Virus record (IMG/VR): IMGVR_UViG_3300046333_000120 | Direction: 5' to 3' (one strand) | DNA from: a virus | Length of the DNA: 64,000 nucleotides | Translations under genes and position numbers: made by a program | In this document: one piece after another, positions 30,741 to 39,735 of the stretch | Layout: the number at the start of each line of letters is the position of its first letter | Position numbering within the stretch: position 1 is the stretch's first letter | Notes under the pieces: model-generated | Database searches by the model: none | What the model was told of the DNA's origin: nothing | The model's input: only the letters and a program-made list of their open reading frames with translations

Positions 30741-32849
30741 ATGAGCACATTTGATAAATATCTAAATGACATGAATAATACGTTAAATGAGAGGTCAATT
30801 AACAAAATTCAAGCAGAATTTACAGATGTAGTAACTAAAATGTCAGCAATGGCAAAAGAATATGCTACTACAGAAGGAGATGAAAAAACAAATATTCTTA
30901 CAGAATTAAAAGGATTAACTGCAAAGAAAAATGAGTTAATAAAGGAACTCGATAATGCAGTAGCAGGAAAGGATAAAGATGTCCAATTAGCTATTAAAGA
31001 ATCTGAAATTAATGAAGCATATGGAAGCTCTAATCCTCATGCAAAACCAGCGGGTCTTGATAAAGAAGAAACTATGGTTATAGCTCAAAAATTTGCAGAT
31101 GCAATGTCTAAAGCAGAAGGAGCTAAAGTTACTGTAAATAAAAGAACATTAGAGGAAGATTCATTTGATTTAGATTACAATGGAGAAGAATTTGATGGAG
31201 GTTCATATAACATCTACCAAAATGGAAATGTTATGAATATGGCATTAAGAGATAATCCAGTATATGGTAGAAAAAACGATAGTGTAGATACTATTGCAAA
31301 GAATATGAAAAAATTCATGAGCGAATCAGTAGCTAATGAAGGTAGACATATTACTCTTAAAAGACAATACACTGGAAACCATCCTGCAACCACCGTTGGA
31401 AAAATTGCAGCTGTTAGAAATAAAGTGTTAGAGGCAATTAAAGATGGTAAAATACCACAAGAACAATTTGAAAAAATAGTTTCTGAAATTTCTAATAACT
31501 CTAAAAGATGGACAAAAAATAACTCAAAATATTTTACAATATCAGAAGACGGTGTTTCACTTTCTGGTTTTGGTAAAAAAGTACTTTCAAGTATAACAGT
31601 TAATGAAGCAGATTTTAAAGAATTTCCAAAAGGTTATAATCCAGAAATATGGGTACCTGGTAATTTTGATAAAGCTATTTCCAAATATTCAAATGCAAAA
31701 TTAACTAGAAAAATTGTATTGGATGCTGCTAAAAAATGGGATGTTACACCCGAAGATGCTATTAATTATGTAGAATTTGGATGGCATGTAGATTTATCAG
31801 AAAATATAAATATAAATATAAATATGAAAACAAAATTTATTTACGAATCATTTAGCGAATTCATTGGAGCTTTAAATGAATCTAATGAAATATTAAATGA
31901 AGCATTTGCTTCTACAAAACTTGCAAGTCTTTTAACAGGCGCAAATGCAATGCCAAAGGATCTTCCTGCTGCATTCTATAATATGTCAAAATTAGCTCTT
32001 GACAAAATTCAAGACATTGATATTCTAGAAATGACACCAGATCAAGCAAAGAAAGAAAAAAGAACAAAGGCAATTTATTTATATTTTACAACAAATGAAA
32101 AAGAAAACCCATATGCGGGTAGCCGCTCCGGAGCAGCAAATGCATTAATCCCATCAAACACATTATTAGCTATCACTGATGGTTCTAATGAATGGATGAA
32201 TACTGAATGGACTAGAAAATTTACCAGTAAATCATCAAAAACTTTGAAAACTACAAAAAGAGATGATTCCGCTGGATTTAGTAAATCAGGAGCAAGCGAT
32301 CAATATGGTACTGGTATTTCAAGTATGAAACAAGTTGCTGAACTTGCAGATAGAGCATATTGCTTAGACCTTACCATTTTGCAAGCAAGATATTCTACAC
32401 AAAATCTTAAAGATGAAAGAGATGCTGCAAGAAAAGGTGCTACTGCATTCATGAATGATAAGGAATTTAAAGCTGAAAACAAAGCAAGGTACAATGATAT
32501 TTTAGCAACTAAAGCATCATCAATGCCAATGGATTCTGTAGTTTCAGGTGCTATCGATACTCTTTCTTTACAGATTAAAAACGCAATAGCTAAAGGTGAA
32601 AAAGGAAGATATGGAGATCTTTTAATTGGATTAGATCCACGCGGAAAAGAAGTTAAACTATCAGATGCTTCTAATTTAATGAGAAATATTTTAGATACCT
32701 ATTCAAGATATGTTGGAGATGTTGCTAATGATGAAAAAGAAAAAGCAGCAGGATATACTGGAAATTATTATGCAGGTAGTTTAAAAAACCATGCAAAAGA
32801 TATACAGGACAATGTTAAAAAAATAGATACACTAAGTTACGGTTGGTAA
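30741..32849 (+). CDS. Putative internal head polyprotein, 702 aa
   Basis: Leader MSTFDKYLN; sites TLNE|R, ESEINE|A, ESVANE|G, TVNE|A, ILNE|A; second leader at 31824. Confidence 0.5.
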   Translation: MSTFDKYLNDMNNTLNERSINKIQAEFTDVVTKMSAMAKEYATTEGDEKTNILTELKGLTAKKNELIKELDNAVAGKDKDVQLAIKESEINEAYGSSNPHAKPAGLDKEETMVIAQKFADAMSKAEGAKVTVNKRTLEEDSFDLDYNGEEFDGGSYNIYQNGNVMNMALRDNPVYGRKNDSVDTIAKNMKKFMSESVANEGRHITLKRQYTGNHPATTVGKIAAVRNKVLEAIKDGKIPQEQFEKIVSEISNNSKRWTKNNSKYFTISEDGVSLSGFGKKVLSSITVNEADFKEFPKGYNPEIWVPGNFDKAISKYSNAKLTRKIVLDAAKKWDVTPEDAINYVEFGWHVDLSENINININMKTKFIYESFSEFIGALNESNEILNEAFASTKLASLLTGANAMPKDLPAAFYNMSKLALDKIQDIDILEMTPDQAKKEKRTKAIYLYFTTNEKENPYAGSRSGAANALIPSNTLLAITDGSNEWMNTEWTRKFTSKSSKTLKTTKRDDSAGFSKSGASDQYGTGISSMKQVAELADRAYCLDLTILQARYSTQNLKDERDAARKGATAFMNDKEFKAENKARYNDILATKASSMPMDSVVSGAIDTLSLQIKNAIAKGEKGRYGDLLIGLDPRGKEVKLSDASNLMRNILDTYSRYVGDVANDEKEKAAGYTGNYYAGSLKNHAKDIQDNVKKIDTLSYGW

Positions 32850-32863
32850 AAAATAATAAAATT

Positions 32864-33415
32864 ATGAAACATATTAAATTATATGAAGACTTTTTAATAA
32901 CTGAAAAGGCGTATCAATTAACAGGATCTTATGGTGCAAAGGGTATTATTGGAAAAGTTGCATTTGCATTTAAAAAAGAAGTTGAACGTACTCAATATGA
33001 TGGAAATGTTAAATCAACGATAGATGACTTAAACGATGTATGGTCTATTTGGGCAAATAAAGATGGTTCTAAAATAATTGAAGCTGAAGTAATGAAGCAA
33101 GTTAAAAATAAAGAATCCATTGTTTATATTATGGCTACATTAAATAATTATAAATGGATCGCAGATAAGGTTAATGGAGTAAATAACCCAGAACGGGCAG
33201 AATTATTATCAAGATTTCCTGGAGATTTTGTAATTAATGTGGGATTTGCGGATGATGTAAATGCTAATAAATATTCAAAAAAATTAGGTGGTATGGCAAA
33301 TACTGCACTAGCTTCAAGCGCAGATACTGAAGTTCTAGGAAGATTTGATGCTTCTGTAGGATATAATAATGTTGAAATCAGAGGATCTTTATTTTTAACA
33401 ATAGATGCAAAATAA
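32864..33415 (+). CDS. Protein with capsid-targeting-like leader
   Basis: ATG at 32864 gives MKHIKLYEDFLITE. Confidence 0.55.
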   Translation: MKHIKLYEDFLITEKAYQLTGSYGAKGIIGKVAFAFKKEVERTQYDGNVKSTIDDLNDVWSIWANKDGSKIIEAEVMKQVKNKESIVYIMATLNNYKWIADKVNGVNNPERAELLSRFPGDFVINVGFADDVNANKYSKKLGGMANTALASSADTEVLGRFDASVGYNNVEIRGSLFLTIDAK

Positions 33416-33426
33416 ATAAATAAACA

Positions 33427-33810
33427 ATGAAACACTTTAAACTATTTGAACAATTTGTAAATGAAAATTTAAATCTAAGTTCAGCGGATTTCGCAAAGTA
33501 TATAATAGATACTGTTGCTAAAAAATACCCATGGGCAGAGGTTACCAAACAGGAATTAGGTAGGGCGCCTTACCCAGATTCAATCACATTTGACGGTGCT
33601 GTTGAAATTTATTGGATGGAAGGACCTGATAATCAAACAAACTCTATGATTGGAGTAGTATCTAAAGGAAAATGGCAAAGAAATAGTGATAGACCAACAT
33701 TTGGTCCTGAAATCCAAAAAACCACTAAATGGAATAGACAGGATATTGGGGTAAAAAACTTATTAGCTGCATTAAAGACAAATAGTTCAAATTCACCTGT
33801 AAATAACTAA
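33427..33810 (+). CDS. Protein with capsid-targeting-like leader
   Basis: Starts MKHFKLFEQFVNE. Confidence 0.55.
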   Translation: MKHFKLFEQFVNENLNLSSADFAKYIIDTVAKKYPWAEVTKQELGRAPYPDSITFDGAVEIYWMEGPDNQTNSMIGVVSKGKWQRNSDRPTFGPEIQKTTKWNRQDIGVKNLLAALKTNSSNSPVNN

Positions 33811-33812
33811 TC

Positions 33813-34178
33813 ATGCCAAGTACTAGTATAGCGCAACAGCATCTAATGGGTATGGCATATTCTCTTAAAAAAGGAGAAATGGATCCTAAAGATGCAAGTC
33901 AAGAAGTAAAGGATCTTTCAGATTCTATGACACTTCAACAATTAAAGGATTTTGCAAGTACAAAACATGAAGGACTTCCAAAGAAGGCAGATGAAGGAGT
34001 TTCTTCTGAAAGCATTGGAGGTATGGGAGCGACTTTATTGCCTACTGCAACTCAACCAGGATCTGGGGATGTTCTATCAGGGGCAGGTGATGCAGAAGAG
34101 GAATACAAGAAAAAGAAAAGAAAGCGAGAAGGTATGTTAAAAACCTTTGAACAGTTTATAAATGAACAATATAATTAA
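33813..34178 (+). CDS. DUF3008-like protein with a C-terminal targeting-like motif
   Basis: 'MPSTSIAQQ...KKGE...SMT..QLKDFASTKHEGLP' fits the DUF3008 pattern; ends MLKTFEQFINE. Confidence 0.6.
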   Translation: MPSTSIAQQHLMGMAYSLKKGEMDPKDASQEVKDLSDSMTLQQLKDFASTKHEGLPKKADEGVSSESIGGMGATLLPTATQPGSGDVLSGAGDAEEEYKKKKRKREGMLKTFEQFINEQYN

Positions 34179-34229
34179 TAATTTGAGTATCATCGAATTA
34201 ACCCCTCCATAAATAGTATTTATGGACCG

Positions 34230-34260
34230 AAGACCCTAAGAAATTAGGGTCTTTTATTTT
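34230..34260 (+). terminator. Intrinsic terminator
   Basis: AAGACCCTAA-gaaa-TTAGGGTCTT plus T-rich tail; a second hairpin TCCATAAAT-agt-ATTTATGGA at 34206-26. Confidence 0.75.
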
Positions 34261-34262
34261 TA

Positions 34263-34291
34263 TGAAACAATTTAAATAACTATTATATAAG
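34263..34291 (+). promoter_or_regulatory. TGAAAC-N17-TATAAG promoter
   Basis: Motif match directly after the terminator. Confidence 0.55.
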
Positions 34292-34313
34292 TATAACATT
34301 TAACTTATATCAT

Positions 34314-34574
34314 ATGAATTATATTTTTAGGCCGGAAAACTGGAGTAAATGGTCAGTTTTAGCAATCGATAAAATAAATAAAACAATAGATTCATGCTCT
34401 ACTCAGGAACATTTGAATGTTGCCAAGGTAATGGTTGATAACTTTATAATAATAACTGCCTTAGAAGATAATATAACAGAGAAAGATCTAGAAGATGTTA
34501 TGAAATTGTTTTGGTTAAAATTAGACTTACAAAATCAATTAATTTTTGAAACAAATTTAAAAGTATTAGTATAA
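34314..34574 (+). CDS. Hypothetical protein, 86 aa
   Basis: ORF downstream of the promoter motif. Confidence 0.5.
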   Translation: MNYIFRPENWSKWSVLAIDKINKTIDSCSTQEHLNVAKVMVDNFIIITALEDNITEKDLEDVMKLFWLKLDLQNQLIFETNLKVLV

Positions 34575-34575
34575 A
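34547..34575 (+). promoter_or_regulatory. TGAAAC-N17-TATAAA promoter for the TROVE-like gene
   Basis: Motif match ending 24 nt before the ATG at 34599. Confidence 0.55.
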
Positions 34576-34598
34576 TTAAGAATATAAAAAATAACACA

Positions 34599-36023
34599 AT
34601 GAAATTTGTAGACGCTTTAAGACAAGAAGACATTTTAACAGAAAATGGAATGGCAACAAATTCAACTTCGTTGAATGCATGCGTTGATTTATTCTTTAAT
34701 ATTGGTGCAATGCGAGGTCAAGATAAACAACGTTTACTTGCAACTTTCTCTAAAGCTTTCAATGAAGACCCTAAGCGTGCTATGAAACTTTTGTTTTGGG
34801 CAAGAGATGTTAGAGGTGGAGCAGGAGAACGCCAGATATTTAAGGATATTTTAGTTTATTTAGCTGAAAATCACGATTTGGCTTTAAAACCAAATTTAGA
34901 TTTAATTGCAGAGTATGGTCGTTTTGATGATTTATTATCTTTATTAGGAACTTATTTAGAAAATGATGCTTTACGAATTATATCAGATGCACTTAACACT
35001 GAAAATGGATTATGTGCAAAATGGATGCCTCGTAAGGGTCAAAATGCAGAAAAAATCCGTGCATTCTTAAAATTATCACCAAAACAGTATCGTAAAACTT
35101 TAGTTAATTTAACGAATGTTGTTGAAACTAAAATGTGTGCTAAAGAATGGGACACTATTGATTTTGGTAAATTACCATCAGTAGCTTCTGCAAGATATCA
35201 AAAAGCTTTTGGTAAAAATGCATACACAAGTTACTCTGCTTATATAGAATCCCTTGTAAAGGGAGAAGCTAAAATAAATGCAGGTGCTATTTATCCTTAT
35301 GATGTTACTAAGTCATTAACACATGGTAATGCAAAGGTAGCAAACGAACAATGGAAAGCCCTTCCAAATTATCTAGAAGGTGCAAACGATATGATTTTAC
35401 CAGTAGTGGATGTTTCAGGTTCAATGTCATCTCCAGCAGGTGGTAGTAAAACTGTAACTTGTATGGATGTTGCTATCTCTTTGGGTCTTTATATTTCTGA
35501 AAGAAATGAAGGTGCTTTTAAGGATGCTTTTATTACATTCTCAAGTAATCCACAACTACAATTATTAAGTGGTTCATTAAGTGAGCGTTATGCACAAATG
35601 TCAAATGCAGATTGGGGAATGTCTACAAATCTGGAGTCAACCTTTAAATTAATTTTAAATCAAGCGACTAAACATAATTTATCTCAAGCTGAAATGCCAA
35701 ATAAAATTCTAATATTATCAGATATGGAATTTAATCAAGCAACTTCAACTGGTTGGAGAAATGAAGCATCATGGAACCCAACAGCTCAACAAGTAATTAA
35801 CGACATGTATGAGTCTTCAGGTTACAAAATGCCTCAAATTGTTTATTGGAACATTCAATCCAGAAATGGAGGAGTACCAGTTGCATTTGATACAGCAGGA
35901 ACTGCATTAATTTCAGGATTCTCTCCAGCAATTATGACAAGCTTACTTGGAGGAGATATTGAATCTCCACAGCAAATCATGGATAAAACAATTTTGAGTG
36001 AGAGATACGCTCCAATTGTTTAA
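34599..36023 (+). CDS. DUF2828/TROVE (Ro60-like) protein with C-terminal vWA domain
   Basis: 'TENGMAT', 'LLFWARDVRGGAGER', 'CAKWMPR', MIDAS 'VVDVSGSM', 'ILSDMEF', 'VYWN', 'ISGFSP'. Confidence 0.75.
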   Translation: MKFVDALRQEDILTENGMATNSTSLNACVDLFFNIGAMRGQDKQRLLATFSKAFNEDPKRAMKLLFWARDVRGGAGERQIFKDILVYLAENHDLALKPNLDLIAEYGRFDDLLSLLGTYLENDALRIISDALNTENGLCAKWMPRKGQNAEKIRAFLKLSPKQYRKTLVNLTNVVETKMCAKEWDTIDFGKLPSVASARYQKAFGKNAYTSYSAYIESLVKGEAKINAGAIYPYDVTKSLTHGNAKVANEQWKALPNYLEGANDMILPVVDVSGSMSSPAGGSKTVTCMDVAISLGLYISERNEGAFKDAFITFSSNPQLQLLSGSLSERYAQMSNADWGMSTNLESTFKLILNQATKHNLSQAEMPNKILILSDMEFNQATSTGWRNEASWNPTAQQVINDMYESSGYKMPQIVYWNIQSRNGGVPVAFDTAGTALISGFSPAIMTSLLGGDIESPQQIMDKTILSERYAPIV

Positions 36024-36038
36024 GATATATAATAAAAT

Positions 36039-36336
36039 TGGTTCTTTACAGCAAATAATAAACAAGCAAAACAATTAGCAACTACGATTAGAACCAGGTG
36101 GATCGGTACAGCAAAAAGTACAAACACAGATATGATAGCCAACGTATTACAGAGATAGCATCAAGTATAACAGGCAAATGGAAGTTTACCAGTATAAAAA
36201 ATGGACAAACGTCATACCACCTCAATAGGTGACAAGTAGGATGGGTCGAAGTTTAGTAGACGCTCACGAAAGTCAAAGCCGAAGACGTAAAAACAAGGTT
36301 ATTCTGCCGAGAAGAAAATCACGAACAACGATCCCG
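36039..36336 (+). ncRNA. Candidate Y-RNA-like non-coding RNA (two tandem elements)
   Basis: No ORF of 60 aa or more; own GATATATAA at 36024-32 and terminator; two units GGNTCN-N-TACAGCAAA...NGANCC with compensatory stem changes. Confidence 0.55.
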
Positions 36337-36345
36337 TTATAATTT

Positions 36346-36372
36346 AATCCAGACTTAAGTCTGGATTTTTTT
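36346..36372 (+). terminator. Intrinsic terminator closing the ncRNA
   Basis: AATCCAGAC-ttaa-GTCTGGATT followed by TTTTT. Confidence 0.8.
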
Positions 36373-36394
36373 ATGCAAATATTCCATTTAGTTT

Positions 36395-36423
36395 CGAAAC
36401 AAATTATCAATTCGATATATAAT
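36395..36423 (+). promoter_or_regulatory. CGAAAC-N17-TATAAT promoter overlapping a late motif
   Basis: Motif match; GATATATAA at 36414-22. Confidence 0.55.
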
Positions 36424-36439
36424 AACTAAACACGAATTT

Positions 36440-36712
36440 ATGAATAATATTTTAGAAGAAGCAAATCAAATTGTTAATCGCAGGTCAGAAGAAGCTGATC
36501 GTAATTATGGTCCATTTTCAGAAGGAATGGATAGAGCTGCCTTAATTTTTCAAGGTATGACTGGAATTGAAGTTACAGGAGAACATATGTTTAAGGCACT
36601 TATTGCTCTTAAGTTTTCAAGGGAATCTTATAACCATAAGAAAGATAATTTATTAGATGCAGTTGCGTATATCCAAGGATTAGATAACTACATTAACGAA
36701 AAACAAGTTTAA
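36440..36712 (+). CDS. DUF6378-like nucleotide-metabolism protein
   Basis: 'ILEEANQIV...YGPF...LKFSRE..NHKKDNLLDAVAYI' pattern. Confidence 0.6.
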   Translation: MNNILEEANQIVNRRSEEADRNYGPFSEGMDRAALIFQGMTGIEVTGEHMFKALIALKFSRESYNHKKDNLLDAVAYIQGLDNYINEKQV

Positions 36713-36713
36713 T

Positions 36714-37808
36714 ATGAAAATACTTTTTACAGGGTGTACCGCAAAACAAATAGATGATGATGCTTATAAAAGAGCAAGAGTAAAAAGAATTGATGACAGT
36801 TCCATTATTTGTAATTCTTTAAGAAAACAAGGATATTCAGTAGATCGTAAACCTGTTAAATGGGGAGAAGATCTTTCAGAATATGGATTAGCAATTATTG
36901 GAGTTGGACAATTTGGTTCAAACAATTACTCTGGAGAAATCTTCAATGTTCTATATGCACTTAAAACAGTAAAGAATGTTATTATATTTCATGAAGATTG
37001 GAAAATCGATGGAACTATGAAATCTTGGGCAGGCATGTTAAATCAAGAAACATTCGATAAATCAATTGCAAAAAAATGGAGTGATGGCAAATATTTTTAT
37101 GGAGGTGTAGATAATCCAAATTTCAATCCAACTGAAGCAATTGAAGTTATTCGCAAAGTTGTTAATGGGGAATTTGAAAATGCATTAATTCCTGCATTTG
37201 ATTGGGGAGATAAAGAAAAGGTTAGAGATATTATTAAAGTAAAAAATATATTTAATATAGATCTAACTCCTTATGTATTAGACACATGGAATATTAAATT
37301 AGATGTAGAACCACAGGTAAAGGAGAAAAAACATATGCTTGCTTCACTTGTTGACCATCGACCATGGGTTCGAAGGAATAAATTAAAATGGCAAGTAGAT
37401 TATTTTGGTGCAAAGAGTATTAAAGAGGCTAGTCAGTTGGCAACAGAAACTGACGTATTCGAAGCGTGTGGAAAGTATTGGGGAATTTTATGTCCAGAAT
37501 ATCCTCATGCAGGTTCAGGTTGGTTTAGAATTAGATGGATTTATGCTGCAATTCAAAAATCAGTATTATTATCCTCACCGAAAGACCTAGAGGCACTTGG
37601 ATTACCACAGAGTAACATTGAGATGTTGAGTGATAATCAACTAGAAGAATATGCAAAGTTACAGTCTGACACTGTATTGTCTTATATGTGGAGCAAAAAC
37701 GCATTTGATGAAAAGGTTGCAGGAATGGTAGAAATATTATGTGATACTTTGTCTAAAGATACTGAAACTAAAGTTGCAGCACCGCTTAAACAAAACGCAC
37801 TTTTTTAG
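36714..37808 (+). CDS. Putative DNA glycosyltransferase (GT-B, T4 beta-glucosyltransferase-like)
   Basis: MKILFTG start, 'LRKQGYSVD...DLSEYGLAIIG', C-terminal 'GWFRIRWIYAAIQKSVLL' parallel BGT 'ITLRVWETMASDAVML'; similar length. Confidence 0.5.
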   Translation: MKILFTGCTAKQIDDDAYKRARVKRIDDSSIICNSLRKQGYSVDRKPVKWGEDLSEYGLAIIGVGQFGSNNYSGEIFNVLYALKTVKNVIIFHEDWKIDGTMKSWAGMLNQETFDKSIAKKWSDGKYFYGGVDNPNFNPTEAIEVIRKVVNGEFENALIPAFDWGDKEKVRDIIKVKNIFNIDLTPYVLDTWNIKLDVEPQVKEKKHMLASLVDHRPWVRRNKLKWQVDYFGAKSIKEASQLATETDVFEACGKYWGILCPEYPHAGSGWFRIRWIYAAIQKSVLLSSPKDLEALGLPQSNIEMLSDNQLEEYAKLQSDTVLSYMWSKNAFDEKVAGMVEILCDTLSKDTETKVAAPLKQNALF

Positions 37809-37831
37809 TACAACTATTATATAAAAAACTT

Positions 37832-38299
37832 ATGGCAAATATAGATAACGAATGTAAAGACCTGGAAGTTAATGACTTCTACAATGAATCAACAACCCAC
37901 TTAGCGGATATTATGGAAAACCAAAAGAAGATGCAAGAGCAGACTTATGGTTTTAATTTTGAAGATATGACGCTTAGAGAGATTATGAACTTTTGGCATG
38001 TTAATACACATGCAGTAATTGATGAAATTCACGAGATGACTGATGCATTAGGAGGTATTAAAGACGGTAGTGGAAATGCAGTATGGAAATATTGGAAAAA
38101 AGACTTTGCCAAATACGAAACCTTAAAAATTAGTGACCTATCAGAAGGTGATAAAAAGGAATTGTATATGGAATGGGTCGACATCATGCACTTCTTTATA
38201 AATTATGCAGCGTCTATTGGGCTAGATGCAAAAACTGCATACAATTATTACTTTGCAAAAGCAGAGGCAAATGTTCAACGTCAGAAAAACAACTATTAA
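37832..38299 (+). CDS. All-alpha dCTPase/dUTPase (T4 gp56-like)
   Basis: 'DEIHEMTDALG', 'WKYWKK', 'MEWVDIMHFF', 'NVQRQKNNY'. Confidence 0.8.
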   Translation: MANIDNECKDLEVNDFYNESTTHLADIMENQKKMQEQTYGFNFEDMTLREIMNFWHVNTHAVIDEIHEMTDALGGIKDGSGNAVWKYWKKDFAKYETLKISDLSEGDKKELYMEWVDIMHFFINYAASIGLDAKTAYNYYFAKAEANVQRQKNNY

Positions 38300-39696
38300 T
38301 GATATTAGATATCGAGCAAAGAGAAAAGGATATCATCATATCCTATTATAATGACAAAGGTGAAGTAGCATTTAAACAATATCCTATTGACAAATTCCAA
38401 AATTGGTATGTGTGTGACGACAAAGATAAAGCAGCAAGTACACAATTTAAAAATTGGGATGGTCGTAAAGTTAAACTAGGATATGGTAGACAATTTAATA
38501 AGTTTTCAATTCTTTACTTTTTAGATTCTCTTTCTGAGAAAGATAAAAAAGAATTGACAGCATACAATATGCCAAAGACTTACTTCGTCGATATCGAAAC
38601 TGAAATTGTTGATGGCTTTCCAAAGGCAGAAGAAGCTAAAAGTAGAATTCTTTCCTTTTCAATTATTACACCAGAACGTAAAGCAATCGTATTAGGTCTT
38701 GAAGACATGGATTCAGATAGTATTAAAAAAATACAAGATGATACCAATGAATATTTCAAAGATTTTGACCAAGATTGGGAATTTAAATATTATAAATTTA
38801 AATCCGAATATGATATGGTATACACATTCTTAATGAAGTTCCTACCTAAATTCCCAATGATGACAGGTTGGAACTTTATAAACTATGACTGGCAATATAT
38901 CGTAAATCGATGCAAAAGATTACAAATTGATATTAGTGAAGTTAGTATGACAAAGGAGGTTGATAAATCTGATAGTAGACCTCTTCATATTGGAATTCTA
39001 GATTACATGCAATTATATGATAAGTATGATAGAAGTGTTAAGGTAAAAGAATCTAATTCTCTTGATTATGTTTCAAGTCAAGTATTAAAGGTTAATAAGA
39101 TTAAATTCACTGGATCTTTACAAGATCTTTACAGAGATAATTTTACAAAGTATATTTACTACAATGTAGTCGATTCTGTATTGGTTTATTATATTGACCA
39201 AAAACTAAAATCAATGGAAGTACTTTTAACACTTGCAAATATCACAAACATGCCATTATATAAGGCAAGTTCTCCTGTGGCAGTTACAGAAGCTATTATG
39301 GCCAGAAAACTCGCAGAACAAGGAATGAGAATTGGCAGTGAGGAAAAGAAAGATTCTAACAAAGATGGTCAATATGCAGGTGCATTTGTAAAAGAACCAA
39401 TACTTGGATTTTATGAAGGTGTAAGTGCATTCGATTTTGCTTCCCTATATCCTTCAATCATGAGGCAGTTTAATATTTCACCAGATGCATATATTGAAAA
39501 AATAAGTAAAAGCGAAATTGCTGAACGAAGAAAGGATAAAGACATAATTGTATGTGACAATGGAGTTGTATATAATAATGAAGATTCTATTCTCAGAAAA
39601 ATATTAAGTGACTTATATGAACAACGTAAAGATTACAAAAAAACATCGTATGAATACTATTCAAAGGCAGATCATTTAAAAAAAATGCTCAAATAA
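38299..39696 (+). CDS. Family B DNA polymerase, N-terminal half (exonuclease, motif A)
   Basis: ExoI DIETE, ExoII GWNFINYDW, ExoIII YNVVD, motif A DFASLYPSIM; ends within the fingers; TAATG coupling gives ATG at 38299. Confidence 0.9.
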   Translation: MILDIEQREKDIIISYYNDKGEVAFKQYPIDKFQNWYVCDDKDKAASTQFKNWDGRKVKLGYGRQFNKFSILYFLDSLSEKDKKELTAYNMPKTYFVDIETEIVDGFPKAEEAKSRILSFSIITPERKAIVLGLEDMDSDSIKKIQDDTNEYFKDFDQDWEFKYYKFKSEYDMVYTFLMKFLPKFPMMTGWNFINYDWQYIVNRCKRLQIDISEVSMTKEVDKSDSRPLHIGILDYMQLYDKYDRSVKVKESNSLDYVSSQVLKVNKIKFTGSLQDLYRDNFTKYIYYNVVDSVLVYYIDQKLKSMEVLLTLANITNMPLYKASSPVAVTEAIMARKLAEQGMRIGSEEKKDSNKDGQYAGAFVKEPILGFYEGVSAFDFASLYPSIMRQFNISPDAYIEKISKSEIAERRKDKDIIVCDNGVVYNNEDSILRKILSDLYEQRKDYKKTSYEYYSKADHLKKMLK

Positions 39697-39735
39697 AGAT
39701 TATATATAACTAACAAAAAAATTACTAAATACACA

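Noticed and set aside
36039-36336. CRISPR mini-array, tRNA or small-peptide reading of the ncRNA region
   Set aside because: Only two 9-nt motif copies with very unequal unit lengths, no cloverleaf or TTCGA arm, no cas genes, and the + strand ATG-initiated ORFs I checked are very short.
38173-38298. N-terminal extension of the polymerase ORF in the track
   Set aside because: It overlaps the dCTPase gene; TAATG coupling and the MILDIE start favour ATG at 38299.
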